In this document: positions 49,678 through 61,900 of the stretch, piece by piece
How the letters are laid out: each line of letters starts with the position of its first letter
Numbering within the stretch: position 1 is the stretch's first letter
DNA from: Emiliania huxleyi CCMP1516
Taxonomy: Eukaryota
DNA length: 64,000 nucleotides
Assembly: GCF_000372725.1 (NCBI RefSeq)
Contig: NW_005201287.1
Coordinates: forward strand, 202,986-266,985
Reading direction: 5' to 3'
The notes under the pieces: model-generated
Database searches by the model: none
What the model saw: only the letters and a program-made list of their open reading frames with translations
What the model was told of the DNA's origin: nothing
Position numbers and translations under genes: made by a program

Positions 49678-50095
49678 TGGAGCGTGGAGTGCGCTGAGCC
49701 ACAGCCTTGTTGGTGGTGGGCGGCGAGCCACGACGATCGCAGCGGGACAGCAGGTGTGGGCCAGGCCGCCGGCGAGAGCGCGACTTCAAGAAAAAGAATT
49801 TTAGGGTCTACAAGTAAAGAAAACAAAATGCCAGGAGAAAAAAATCCGTCGTGCAAAAGTGAGAAAATCCGGTTGGCGGCTACCGTCCGTCGCGCGCCGC
49901 GCGCCGCCGCGCGTCGTCGGCCTCGGGTGGTGGCCACCTCGCCCTGTTCCACCTTAGGGTGCAGTTGAGAGAGAGAGAGATATCTCTCTTTCTTCTTGCA
50001 GTTGTCGATGGAGAAGATGCTAACTTGTTCACGTTGTAGGTTACCTGTTAGTTTACGTACTGCTCTACCACGGGATATCATTTAATTCTTTTCGC

Positions 50096-53048
50096 CTGTG
50101 TTAGTGCCAGTGCGAGCCAGTCCCGTGCCCAGTGTAAAGAAAGAAAGAAAACAGACAGCCCAAGGGAGGGATGGGAGGACGGCACGCCGCCACCACACAG
50201 GGATTTTAAGGAGAGGAGTGTGGTGCGCTAGCCGTCGCCCACCCTAGGGGGTCTGCCTCTTCCTATCTCTTTTCGCAGTCTCTCGCCGATTCTCGCTGCA
50301 ACCTTCATGCCACCTCGCGGCCGTCCCACTCTCGTCGTTCTCTCCCTTGTCACTTCCTCCTCTGTCGCGTCATTCTCTTCTGCCTCGTCCTGCGCCGCCG
50401 CCGCCTGCCGTTCCCTTGTTCTCTCGGCTTCTTTCGCCTTTCGGCGCAGCTCCGCCCTCCTTGCTGCATATCCTGGCCCCTCGAGTCTATCGAGCTCCCC
50501 TCGCGCAAGGACCACGTTTCTGACTCCCACTCCGATCATTTGCCTACAGGTCATGTTGTTGCTCAGGTCCACTCTCTCTTCGAACACTCGTGCCTCTACG
50601 GATGATGCCGGCGCTGGGGTCCCCTTCGGATGCATCGTGACATCTGACAACTGAATTTCCACTGGTTCGTCCTCCTCGGAGTCATCTTCTCCGTCCTCCT
50701 TCCGTTCGGCTCTTCGCTCGGTACGTTCGGTGTGGCTCACCCTCCATGCCGTGAACAGGCGCTTTATCCACCCTATATTCTGGACCGGAGCCCGACCGCC
50801 GAAATTCGGACAATGCTCTTTTCCCACGCCCGCCACATGACGCCCACTGCAGCCGCGTCGGTCGGCGCGCGCCGACGCCGACCATCACCGCCGACCGACG
50901 GCTCGCACGGCCGTGCGGTGAGCAAAAATTTGGGTCGCTGCGCGCCTGCCGGATGCTCTGCGACGTCTGGACGCTCGCCAGAAACGCCAGGAAGCTTGCC
51001 TTCCACCCCTGGGCCCGAGGGCGAACGGCAGTGGTCGGCAGCCTCTGCGACGCTCCGATCGGCTCCTCGACCTCATCGCCTGCGACGAGCCAGCATGGCT
51101 CGTCGCTCGACGGCAGCCTGCTCAGTATGCTCTTGGCATTCTGTACAGCCTCGCCAGGCTCTCTGAGACGGCCTGCAGGGCCGGCGCGGACCGCCTCGGG
51201 CGCGATGGCCCTCCTCAGTACCTACCTCTTTGATGCCTGTCGGCTCTCCAATCTCGTCGCCGGCGGCAGGCCCGCATGGCGAGCTGCTCGATGGCAGCCT
51301 GCTCAGTACGCCTTGGACAGTGACTTCTGCCTCGCTGCTCTTACTGCAGCCGCCTCCGGGGCCGGCGTCGGCCGCCTCGCTTCGCCAGTGCTGTCTACGC
51401 CTGCGACACGCGTGTCGGCTCGCCGCCCGCGTCGCCCGCGGCGGGCCCGCATGGCTCGCCGCTCGTCGGGAGTGTTCCCAGCAGGCTGTGCAGGGCAGTC
51501 TGCCTCACTCAGGGCGCCGCCACCGCTGCGCGGGGCCGACACCGGCGCTGCTGCCGTGAACACTGCCGCCGTGTACGTCACCATCGCCTCGCTTCGTCGC
51601 CGATCTCGCCGACGCCGCTCGCCGCTCGCCGCCGCCCTGCCCTGCCCTGCCCTGCCCTCGCACAAACAAACAAACACACACCCACACCCACACACACATA
51701 CACACAGACACACATACACACACACAACACACCCTGCCCCAACCTCGAGCGCCCCGCGCCTCCCGTCTCACGCCCGGCGCCTCACGCCGCGCGTCCCACG
51801 CACGCCCCGCGCACCGCGCCCCCTCCCCTCGCGCCTCACGCCTCCCTCCCCACCCTCTCAGGCATTTCTCCTCCCTGCTGCTCGCCGACTCCTCCCCCCC
51901 CCGCATGATCGACGACTACCCGTCCTCCGGCGACTCCTCCCTTTTCGGCGCCAACGTCTACTACCGGGGGACCGTCGCCCTCGGGCGTACTGGAATGATC
52001 CCAGCGGCACACGTCTACGAGGGGGGGCTCCGAAAGGTCGGCATGCTGGCATGTCGGCTTACTAGGCAGGTCATTGACCTCCCCCCCGCTTGTCCACCCG
52101 GCGTGAGGGGCGGGAGCGCAGCCATTCCAACGGCTGGGAAAGCTTCTGAACGGCCGTGCATGCGCCTGCATGCCGGCTTACTAAGAAGGTCCCTCGCTCC
52201 TGCTCCTCTCTCGGAAGACGCGCGCCGGCCTGGGGGACTCGCTTGCGATCCCGCTCCAGCCAGAGGCCGCGTGAGGCGTGTGGGACGGTGTACGCTGGGG
52301 CTCGGCCCCAAGTGCACTGGCCTCGCGTCTCGAGGGGAGGGCGGCTCGTAACTGAGGTTCGCCGTCAGGGACAGTCGTCCTCCCCTTCTCGGCCGGGCAA
52401 CTAGGTCATTGAGGCCCCCCCCGGGGAAGAGACCGAACGGCCGGCCGTCACTCTCGGCCATTCCAACGGCCAGGCCGCTCGCTTAAGGCTGATTGGCTAG
52501 ACGAGCGGCCTACCTCCATGGGGCTGTTGGCACGGGGGGAGGTGTCAATCACGCTCCTGGGACGCCGGAGAGATCGGGTTGGTCTCCCCCGCCTTCAGCC
52601 CTGACCCGACGGGGACGCCATCACCCTCGCCCAGGGATCTACAACGCTGTCTTAAGGTCCGACAGGTTCGGCACCGGGCACCGCCTCGGTATACAAAATG
52701 CGCCTGCGGGCGGACCCTCACAGATCACAGATCACCCTATATTCTTCTCTCGTTCCTCTGCCCGTGCCTTGGTCTTGTCGTTGTTTCGCACCCATGTCTG
52801 TATGGCAATCGAGGCTGCCTTCCCCACTACCTGTAGTTCACTCGTCACCTCTTCCGCGAGCTCCCTCCTCTTTCTTTCGGGTATGGAGTCCGTGAGTGCG
52901 GGTAGCGTACAGGCAATCACGGGTGCTATTTTGTCGTACTCCTCTTCGGCGAGCGCTCCAAATCTAGACCCTTTCGCCTTTAAGGAGGCTGCCCTCGCTC
53001 GTCTCAGGAATGTGGCGGTGTCTTTTGTGCGAGGCAGCTAAATTGTAA
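50096..53048 (-). mobile_element. 5'-truncated non-LTR-like retroelement with 12-bp TSD AATTCTTTTCGC, interrupted by a nested insertion
   Basis: TSD at 50084-50095 and 53049-53060. ORFs 52732-52920 and 50228-50836 join in frame (EEREKNIG|WIKRLFTAW) once the nested insert is removed. Confidence 0.72.
50782..52732 (+). mobile_element. Nested ~1.95-kb insertion with 13-bp TSD CACCCTATATTCT and a (cacagat)2 tail
   Basis: TSD at 50769-50781 and 52733-52745. Confidence 0.8.
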
Positions 53049-53155
53049 AATTCTTTTCGCTTGAGAAGCCAACTTTTCGCACGAGAAGCCAACGGCGCCG
53101 CCTCCGCCCGGCCCGGGGGGGGCCGCCTCCGCAGCCAGAGTTTTAGAGCCCGAAA

Positions 53156-55711
53156 ATGGCCAGCGGCGCGCGGCCGGCCTTGCCGGGCGGTCACGAGCTT
53201 GGCGACCAGCTGTACTACACGGGCTCGAACCAGTCGTCTAAGGATGGCGACAAGCTCGTGCACGGCCAGCAGGGCGAGGTCGTCGGCCCTGCGACCGGCG
53301 AGCACCAAGGCAACGGCCTGCAGATGCTGTTTCCAGGGAACAAAGTCTACATAGACTGCTCTCTGCTCTGTCTCAGCCGCGAGAAGCCGCCGCCTCTGCC
53401 GGGCGGTCACGAGCTTGGCGACCAGCTGTACTACACGGGCTCGAACCAGTCGTTTAAGTCTGGAAGCAAGCTTGTGCACGGCCAGCAGGGCGAGGTCGTC
53501 GGCCCTGCGACCGGCGAGCACCAAGGCAACGGCCTGAAGATGCAATTTCCAGGGAACCCACGCTGGATAGATTGCCGTCTGCTCAGGCTCAGCGTCGAAA
53601 AGCCGCCGCCTCTGCCGGGCGGTCACGAGCTTGGCGACCAGCTGTACTTCACGGGTCCGAGCGAGTCGTTTGAGAGTGGCGATAAGATCGTGCACGGCCA
53701 GTCAGGCGAGGTCGTCGGCCCTGCGACCGGCGCTATGCACCAAGGCAACGGCCTGAGCTTGCAGTTTCCAGGGAACAAAGGCTCCATAAACTGCTCTCTG
53801 CCAAACCTCAGCAGCGAGAAGCCGCCGCCTCTGCCGGGCGGCTACGAGCTTAGCGAACGGCTGTACTACACGGGCCCAAACCAGTCGTTTGAGAATGGCG
53901 ATAAGCTCGTGCACGGCCAGTCGGGCGAGGTCGTCGGCCCCGCGACCGGCGAGCACCAGGGCAACGGCCTGAAGATGCTGTTTCCAGGGAACAAAGACTG
54001 GGTAAACTGCAAACTCGCCTCGCTGTCCCACGAGCTTAGCCTGCCCGGTGGCTTCAGAGTGGGAGAGGAGCTGTACTTTATTGGCGGAGGGTTCGTCGAG
54101 GAGCAGGGGGACAAGGCCGTGTTTGGCTGCCGAGGATCGGTCACCGGCCCAGCCCGCAACGGCGACGCTGACGCTGTTTCCATGTCTTTCTCCGGCAACC
54201 GAGGAGACGTGCACTGCCGGGCCGAAGAGCTCAGCCGCGAGCCGGCGCCCTCGCTTCCTGGCGGCTTCATTCTCGGTGAGCATCTCTACTTCACCGGAGA
54301 GGACCAGATCGTCGGGCGCGGCATCCTCGTGCGCGGCTCGCGTGGTGAGGTGGTGGGCCTGGGTTTGGAGCCGGACAGCCTCGCGATGCGCTTTTCAAAG
54401 GCCGGACAGCCTCGCGATGCGCTTAACCACCCGGTCAACATCGCCTCCCTGAGCCGCGACGATCCTCCGTGCGCCGTGTCCGTGCCCGAGAATGTATCGC
54501 GAGCGCGCCGAGCGCTCGCCGCACGCAGGGAGGAGCAGGAGCGGGCTGCGGCAGCGGCGGCGTCGCAGACGGCAGAGGACATTGCAGCGGAGGCGGAGCG
54601 GCGGCAGCAGCTAGCGGCGGAGCTCCTGGAGGAGGAAGCTGCGGCCAGGGCTCCGCCTCCACTTCAGGAGGCGGGACGGAGGAGGAGGAGGAAGAAGAAG
54701 CAGAGCGGCTTTCGCGGGTCGAGGAGCAGCGCAACCGAAGGAGCAGAGGGATCGGCCGACTCCACCTCTAGGGCGGCGCCAGCGCGCGAGTCGGCTTCAG
54801 AGAGCGACGAGGAGGAGCGCGTGACGCCAGCCGAGGAGGCGCGACGGGCTGAGGAGTCGGAGCGGGCGGCGCGGCGAGAGAGGCAGGCGAGGCTGCTCGA
54901 GGCAGCGCGGCGGGAGAGGGAGGAGCGTTTGGAGAGGGAGGCTAGGGCCGAGGCCGCGGCCGCGGCTGCGGTGGAGAGCGAGGCTCGCGGCAGGCGACAG
55001 CAGGCGGCGCGAGCGGCGGAGGAGGAGCGGAAGCGAGCAGCGCGGGCGGCGCTGGTGGACGAGATGGAGGCGCAGGCGCGGCAGGAGGAGGCGGCGCGCG
55101 CCGCGGCACCGCTGAGGACGACGCAGGCTGAGCAGTCCAGCACGCGGTCGGCGATCGAGCAGGCGCTCTCCCAGGCTAGGTCAGACGCGGCGGCGGCGAG
55201 GGTTCGCGAGGCGACGGCGGGGTCAGAGGCGGAACGGGCGAGGTCAGAGGCGGAACAGGCGAGGTTAGAGTCGGAACAGGCGAGGTTGCAGGCGGAGGCG
55301 GCGAGGGCGAGGGAGGAGGAGGCGAGGGGGCGAGAGGGGGAAGCAAGGGGGCGGGAGGAGGCGGCGAGGGCAGAGGCGGAGGCGGCGACGGCACGCGAGG
55401 AGGCGCTCACCATGCGACTCGCGGCGCTCGAGCTAGGACCCCCACCGGCCGCCCCGCCACCGGCAACCGCAATCAGCGCTGTGGGAGGAGGCGTCGGAGG
55501 CACCTTCCACGGTGCCACGCTGCCGCAGAAGGTCTCGCGGATCTGTACGCATTTGGGGCTGGACGCGCGCTCCTCGCTCTCTGCGGCGGTGGCGGCGGCG
55601 AACGAGAGCACAGGGGTCGCCGCTGAGGGAGGGCTTCTGCAGCAGGTGGACCGGCTGATCGCGCTGCTATTTGGGGGGCCGCAGGGGGGCGCTCCGGAGG
55701 AGGTAAGGTAA
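53156..55711 (+). CDS. Intronless 851-aa protein: six ~72-aa repeats, a coiled coil and a short helical C-terminal domain
   Basis: LPGGHELGDQLYYTG...LVHGQQGEVVGPA...FPGN repeats with 216-bp period; E/A/R-rich helix. Confidence 0.85.
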   Translation: MASGARPALPGGHELGDQLYYTGSNQSSKDGDKLVHGQQGEVVGPATGEHQGNGLQMLFPGNKVYIDCSLLCLSREKPPPLPGGHELGDQLYYTGSNQSFKSGSKLVHGQQGEVVGPATGEHQGNGLKMQFPGNPRWIDCRLLRLSVEKPPPLPGGHELGDQLYFTGPSESFESGDKIVHGQSGEVVGPATGAMHQGNGLSLQFPGNKGSINCSLPNLSSEKPPPLPGGYELSERLYYTGPNQSFENGDKLVHGQSGEVVGPATGEHQGNGLKMLFPGNKDWVNCKLASLSHELSLPGGFRVGEELYFIGGGFVEEQGDKAVFGCRGSVTGPARNGDADAVSMSFSGNRGDVHCRAEELSREPAPSLPGGFILGEHLYFTGEDQIVGRGILVRGSRGEVVGLGLEPDSLAMRFSKAGQPRDALNHPVNIASLSRDDPPCAVSVPENVSRARRALAARREEQERAAAAAASQTAEDIAAEAERRQQLAAELLEEEAAARAPPPLQEAGRRRRRKKKQSGFRGSRSSATEGAEGSADSTSRAAPARESASESDEEERVTPAEEARRAEESERAARRERQARLLEAARREREERLEREARAEAAAAAAVESEARGRRQQAARAAEEERKRAARAALVDEMEAQARQEEAARAAAPLRTTQAEQSSTRSAIEQALSQARSDAAAARVREATAGSEAERARSEAEQARLESEQARLQAEAARAREEEARGREGEARGREEAARAEAEAATAREEALTMRLAALELGPPPAAPPPATAISAVGGGVGGTFHGATLPQKVSRICTHLGLDARSSLSAAVAAANESTGVAAEGGLLQQVDRLIALLFGGPQGGAPEEVR

Positions 55712-56202
55712 GGTCTCTAAGAAAGCCGGTAATCCAAGACACCCAGAGCTCACACAAAATCGGGCAGCCAGGCTTTCTTGATCTTGTGTCTTTGTCGCTG
55801 CACTTTCTGTCTCTTGTCAGTTGTCTCACTTGTCTGCGCGGGACGAGGACGTTCGAGAAGAAAGTAGAAGAGAGTGTCGGCGCGAGCAGTGCAGCACCAA
55901 CAGCACGCAGCAGAGAGGCGAGACGATATGATAGAGAGATACGTGCGACTCAGAGGGCAGGGCGAGTTGTACTTTGTCACGGCGAGTGGCATGTCGTAGG
56001 CCATGCATTACCCCATCAGCCCTCAATCACCCCCGCCCACCGGCTCCCTCCTCCCCATCGTCGCCCACCCGCGCCGCGCTCTCCGTCTGCTATCCGCCAC
56101 TCTCACGGCTGCGCCCGCCCGTGACCCAAAGGTCCACAACAGAGAGTCGGAGCAACCTCGAGTATGTGCCGTATCAAAGTCTGTGCAAGTGTGAACAGCA
56201 GC

Positions 56203-56525
56203 TCCTGACCACGGCGCCGCAGGCGCCTGTTGATAGGTCCAGGTGATAGCCCTGGATAGGCAATGCATACGCCTAGTCGGGCCTCGGATCGCCCGACCGC
56301 GTCCCGGTGCTCTGTGGTCGGATTTGTGACGCCGCCGCACCGCGCCGCGGCCGGGGGCCCTCCGGAGGCCAAGGATGGCCGTGACGGAGCGGGACGAGCT
56401 CTGGGAGGTTAAGTGTCAGTGTATATATTGTAGAGACCAACCATGTGCACAATATCTCTCAATCTAGCTAAGCCTGGGAAGGCGATGCCAGGGCCGTACA
56501 GCAGCTTGATGGTGCTTCGCCGGCG
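56203..56525. repeat. Inverted copy of the 19381-19708 dispersed repeat
   Basis: Shared GGPPAAARCGGVTNPTTEHRDA pseudo-translation. Confidence 0.88.
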
Positions 56526-56926
56526 TGCGTCCCGGAGCGGTGCCGGACGGGCGGTCCGGGGGACAAAATCGCGGGACAGCGCCGACACCGCTCTGATTCG
56601 ACTTTTAACTTCAAACAAAGACAGTGGCACGCGCCACAGCGCGGTGCGTGCCACTGTCAGGAGCAGATACGTCAGTTAGTTGTGTTCACGCGCCGGGATA
56701 TCGTGATTTCGTGTCCTCCGCAACCTGCACAGACTTTAGGCTACAACAGGTCGCTCATCATGTGTCATGAGACATGACAAAAATGTTGATTGGCCCTCTA
56801 CTCTGGGTCGCTGTCCCGACTCCGGTTCTTTTGTCTCTCTGTTAGGCCTAAAACTGTTAGGGTGAGCGCGCACACAAACCTCTAACACACCGGCGTCCAG
56901 GCAGCACCCCGCCCCTCACCCCTAGC

Positions 56927-57443
56927 TCACCCCTTCTTCTTGGCCGCCGCGAGGCTCGCCTTAATGGAGGTGGACGAGCGGGCGTGCAGCCCCGCCTGCG
57001 GCGCGCGCTTCGCCACGACGTACTCGATGCCCCGCTCGGCGCACTGCTGCCGCTTGCTCGGCTGGTCGCCTGTTCACACCCTCGAGGCGTGAAGCGACGC
57101 TGTTCACGGCTGCCGCTGGCGAGTAAGCGTGTCGCCGTCGTGATTGACAAAGAAGATGTCCGGCTTCACCGCGTCGAGGTCTGCGCCTACAACGACACAC
57201 GACCACGGACACGTCCCGAGCGCGACCTCTTCCGCCCAGTCGCACCGCAGCGATTCCCGGGCGGCCCTGGTCGTGCCCCATGCCCCTGGCGACAAACGCG
57301 TGCGACACCCACCGGATCGCGCCAACCTCGGCGGGACAGAGTGATAAGAAGAGTAGGAACAGTAAGCAATAGTCATTATGAATGGTGACAGCTGACTAGG
57401 CTTGGCGAGTCCGCAAAGCTTCGCGGAGCTCTCATCCCTCTCT

Positions 57444-57510
<67 letters not shown>

Positions 57511-57879
57511 CCATGTACACCCGCTCAGCCTCTGGAAACATGGGCGCAGCCTTGAGGGCGGTGACGTTGGCGTCGTTGCCGACGGAGACGTGCAGCTCGC
57601 CCAGAGCGGCGGCCTAGTGCGTACCAGCGGGCATCAGAGCACTGAGAGCTGGCTTCGACCGCGACATGATGTGTTACGGATCACGGTACGGGTGGAGCGA
57701 GCCTCCTCGAAGAAGGCAACGTGGCCCGAGTGCAATAGGTCAAAACAGCCGGAGACGAAGACTCGCCGCCTTCGCCGCGGCCGCCGCCGCTGCGCGTGCG
57801 AGTGAGCGGTGAGCGCCAGCACGCCCAGCACGAACCCGGCGGCGGCAGGCGCGAACGATGAAAGCCACGAAGGCGGCAT
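56927..57879 (-). CDS. Cytidylyltransferase-like (HxGH, RfaE-II/TagD-type) protein with an N-terminal anchor; several introns
   Basis: RVFVSGCFDLLHSGHVAFFEE|AAALGELHVSVGND, FPEAERVYM, KPDIFFVNHDGD, RSSTSIK. Confidence 0.85.
57447..57506. repeat. Intronic (CT)n microsatellite
   Basis: Directly visible. Confidence 0.95.
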
Positions 57880-58927
57880 GGTCGGTGGAGGACAGCGCTA
57901 AGAAAAGAATTTTGAAAGGCGCTGCGCCTGCTCAGGGTGTGTGGCAGCCAGCTGGCTGTGTGTCTTGTGAGCTTGTTTGTGTCTGTGTGTCGCTCGTGCG
58001 TGTCGTCATCATCTGTCTAGCGTCCACCCATACCGCGTTGGTGTCCAGTCCGAGCCTGGCTGTTCTTCACCTTTCTACCTACCTACCTGCCTGCTACTTC
58101 TGAGCGCGCTCGCGAACATTACGGGGCCGCAGGAACGCGGGACTCGCAAATAAGCCCACAGCCACTTAAGCTGACGCATGGCTCTCATTTATTAAGTGTT
58201 CATTCAGGAGCATTCGCAATGCGTTCGTTCGGGGGCACGAGTGGAGGCGACGTTTGAGAGGGCGGTCGGGGAGGAGCAAAAAGTGGTGCTTCCAAAGAAG
58301 TAGTTTTCGGGATGAAGGCAGGCTTGATGAAGGCAGGCAGGCCACGTGTCTCCAACCGGCGATCCCTCGGCGCCCGCCGAGAGAAAAGGCCCCACGGCTG
58401 GCCATACACGCCACCGCCCCTCCGTCCGTTCCAATGGGTCTCTGCTCGTCGACTGCAAAGCCGGAGCCGCCCTCGCCCGTCGAGACGGTGATGCAGATGT
58501 ACAAGTCCTTTGGTGAGGGCGATATCGCCGCCATCCTCAAGGCGGGAGATCCGTTCAATACCAAACAACTCTAACACACTTTGTTTTTGGATTTTAGTAG
58601 CGAAAAGAAAAAAGAAAGGACTCGCACGCACTGGCACAAACAATTTCACCACAAAAGAAGAACGAAAGACCCCAGATCGGCATCCATGCCTTTCTGGACA
58701 GGGTGGCCCGCCACAACGACCCCTGGAATTGCAACTTTCCTCCCTTGATCCCTTAGCGTAAAAAAGAAACATTGGGTTTGTACTATTACAACGAAGGCGC
58801 TCTCAAAAAAGAAATAAAATCTGCTCGCCAGTCACCACGAAAAGAAGAAATAACCCAGGTCACAAAAAGCGATCGCTCCGAGTGTTGTGGCCGACCACTT
58901 TGGGTTGAGCCCGGACGGCGGCGCACA

Positions 58928-61900
58928 ATGGCGCCAGTGATCGCCTTGTTTGCAGCGCTTGTACAGGAATCGCCAAAATCAGCGTGTGGCCCCGTCAGCA
59001 GCTCCGAGAGCCGCAACTGCACCCAGCGGTGCCCGTCTGAGCTCTCCACTCTCTGCGACGCACACAAGGACGTCCCGGCGGCGCTACTCGGCTTTGAGGA
59101 GGACAGCCTGTGGATCCCGCGTCTGGATGAGTTCAACTCGTGCACTGGGTCCCGAATAACCCTCACCTACACCCTTCTGGGAGAGGACGGCATGGCAGAT
59201 GCGCTTGAGGCCGACTGTGGCACCGTCGCCCCGACGCCGTCAGAGGGCGCTGGCATCTACGACGGCTATGTGGTGCAAGCCCCGTGGGTTCCCAATGTGG
59301 AGCCGTTGCTTGAGAATCTGTCTCCGCGCATCGCCGCGACGCCAGAAATCGACTGGCTCGACATCAACCCCACCAGCCGCTCGATTGTCTCCTTCAGCAA
59401 TACGGCGCGCTGTCTCGCCCGCTCTCCTCTCCTCATGCCGAGTGCCAAGCTCACGGGTCGTGCCCGGCAGGTTCGCGCGCTGCCGCTCGACGTCGACTTC
59501 ATCGCGATCGGGTGGCGCGAGGACGTCTTTCGGCAGTGGCAGCCTGAGCTCGAGGCGATGGGCCTCTGGCCAGGTCCGCCGCGAATACCGGCAGGAAGCT
59601 CTGCGCTGCTCCCGTACATGCGCATCATAGATTCGGCGAGTGGATGTAGGCCCGCCAGAGACGCTAGAGGAGCTGGTCGCCGTCTCCGAGTTTCTCAAGG
59701 GCAAGGACCACAACGGCGACGGCATCGGCGACTGGGGCTTTTGCCTCACGCCGCAGCCAAACTACTTCACGGCCTTTCTGGCGCCGCTGATGATGAGAAA
59801 CGAGCAGGCGTGTGCATCCGGGGACTGCAGCGGGGACCGGACCGGCCAGAACCTCTTCTTCGACGTGCAGAGCTTCGAGACGACGGTCGGCAACGCCGCC
59901 TACATGCAGGTGCGCTGCCCCTCCCCGCCCCGCCCCGCACTGACCCCCTGAAAATCTGCCGTTGATAAGGAGATCAATGGATTGCGCGGTATTATGTATT
60001 CTCAATCCCTGTCTAGATCACTGATATGCTGGTGCGATACAGCTGTACCTCACTCTCACCCTCACTCTCCCCTCCCTCTCACCCTATCGACGCAGCCCTC
60101 CCGCCCCCCCCCACATAGGCGCTCCAACTCTTCCACCGCGTCCTGCGCGCCTCAAACTGCCCCGACCAGGCCGAGTCGGCGGACTGGGTGCCGCAAGCCC
60201 TGCGCGGCGACCCCCTGTTTTCCGGCGCCGGCAACAGCAAGTGCGACCGCAAGTCCGCCTTCGCGTCCGGCCGGTGCGCGGGCGTCATCTCGATGCCGGG
60301 CACGCTGACAAAGATGCTGACGGGCAAGTACACGCCGGTGACGCCGCAGTACCACGTCAACGCCTCGAGCGGCGAGAACACGACGTGGGCCCTGCCGGGG
60401 CATGACGCGGCGGACGGGTACTACTGGGGCCGCCGCGCCTTCTTCCCGGGCTCGGAGAAGGTGCTCGACCCTGCGACGGGAGGGCTGGTCGAGTGCACGC
60501 CCGACCTCTGCCCCAAGGCCGTCCGTCACAGCCGGACGGGCAAGCTGGTCGACCGAGTCCTCCTCTGCCTCTCGGAGCCTTCGAGGACCCTTCCAGGAAC
60601 CCTCTCATAGGCAAGCTGGTCAACCGAGCAACCTTCTTCTCTGAGGGGGGGGAGGCGTACGCGCTGCGCGCCTCCTCGCCCGAAGGCAAGAAGAAGGCCC
60701 TCTTCGACCTCTTCACGTGGTTCTCGGAGCTGCCCCCGTCCAAGGTGCCGCTGACCGGCCTCTACCGCCAATCGCAAGTGGCGAATGCTGCGTCTTCGGT
60801 AGCCGAGCTGGTCGAGGAGGGCTGGCCGCAGCAGGCTGCGGACGACCTCGTCGAGCTCCTCGCCGAGCTCTTCGACGAAGGCAGCAACGCGGCGCAGGAT
60901 CTGCTCCTGCTCGGCTTCAGCGACTACAACGAGCGGCTCGACCAGCGGCTGCTCGACGAGTTCCTGCTCACGCCGCCCTTCCTCACCGCACCCGAGGTCG
61001 ACGAGCTCGCGTTCGCCGCCGCGAGCGACGCGCTAGTCAGCCAGCTGCGGAGCGACTACGACGATGTGACCCGCGACTACGGGGGCGCGGCGGGGCAGGT
61101 GCAGCGGTGGCGCGCGTCGCTCAACCTGCTGCCCCTCTCGGCCGCGGCGCTGTGCGACGGCTTCTACGCCTCGCTCGACGAGGACGAGAAGCGCCGCTGC
61201 TCCGAGGACAACCTGCAGATCCTCGTGGCCACACTGTGTACGGTCGCCGGCTTGCTCGTGCTCGTGCTGCTCGTGCTCGGATGCCGCTCGATCCGGAGGG
61301 GAGTGAGGCGCAAGGCGGAGCTCGAGAGAGCCGCCGACGCGCTCGTGCGGCGGCAGGTGACGGACGCGATGGGCTACGTCAACGAGCTGCAGACTCCGAT
61401 GGTGCTGATGCGCGCCTCGGACTTCATGCGGCTCGGCGAGCTCCGCCCGCACGAGGAGCTGCGCGACGCGGGTGCGGTGGTCTTCGTCGACTCGGTGAGC
61501 GACCCCTTCTTGACGGAGCACCTGACCGTCTTCTTCTCGCACCAGTGGCTCGGCTACCAGGCGCCCGACCCCGACGCCGGGCCGGTGCACCAGCGCTCTC
61601 TCTCGCTGCCATGCCCAACCCCCCCCCTCCCCCCCTCCCCCCCCCCCCCCCCTCCTCCCCCCTCCTCCTCTTAGGCGCCCGACCCCGACGCCAAGCAGTT
61701 CCGCTCCATGTGCCGCGCGATCCTCGCGATCGGCGAGCGGGAGGGCGTCGCACCAGACGCCATCTACGTGTGGGTCGACTGGGTCTCCATCCCGCAGCGC
61801 GTCAAGAGCGTGCAACAGCTGTCGATCAGCTCGCTGCCCCTCTTCGCCTCGCTGCTGCACTGCTTCGTCGTCGTCACGCCCGAAGCGATGCACCACGAGA

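Noticed and set aside
28642..50135. Inverted 40-bp motifs as TIRs of a 21-kb CACTA element
   Set aside because: No matching TSD; the motif is explained as a retroelement 3' end with its own TSDs elsewhere.
54664..55611. 315-aa antisense ORF
   Set aside because: Shadow of the GC-rich coiled-coil coding strand.
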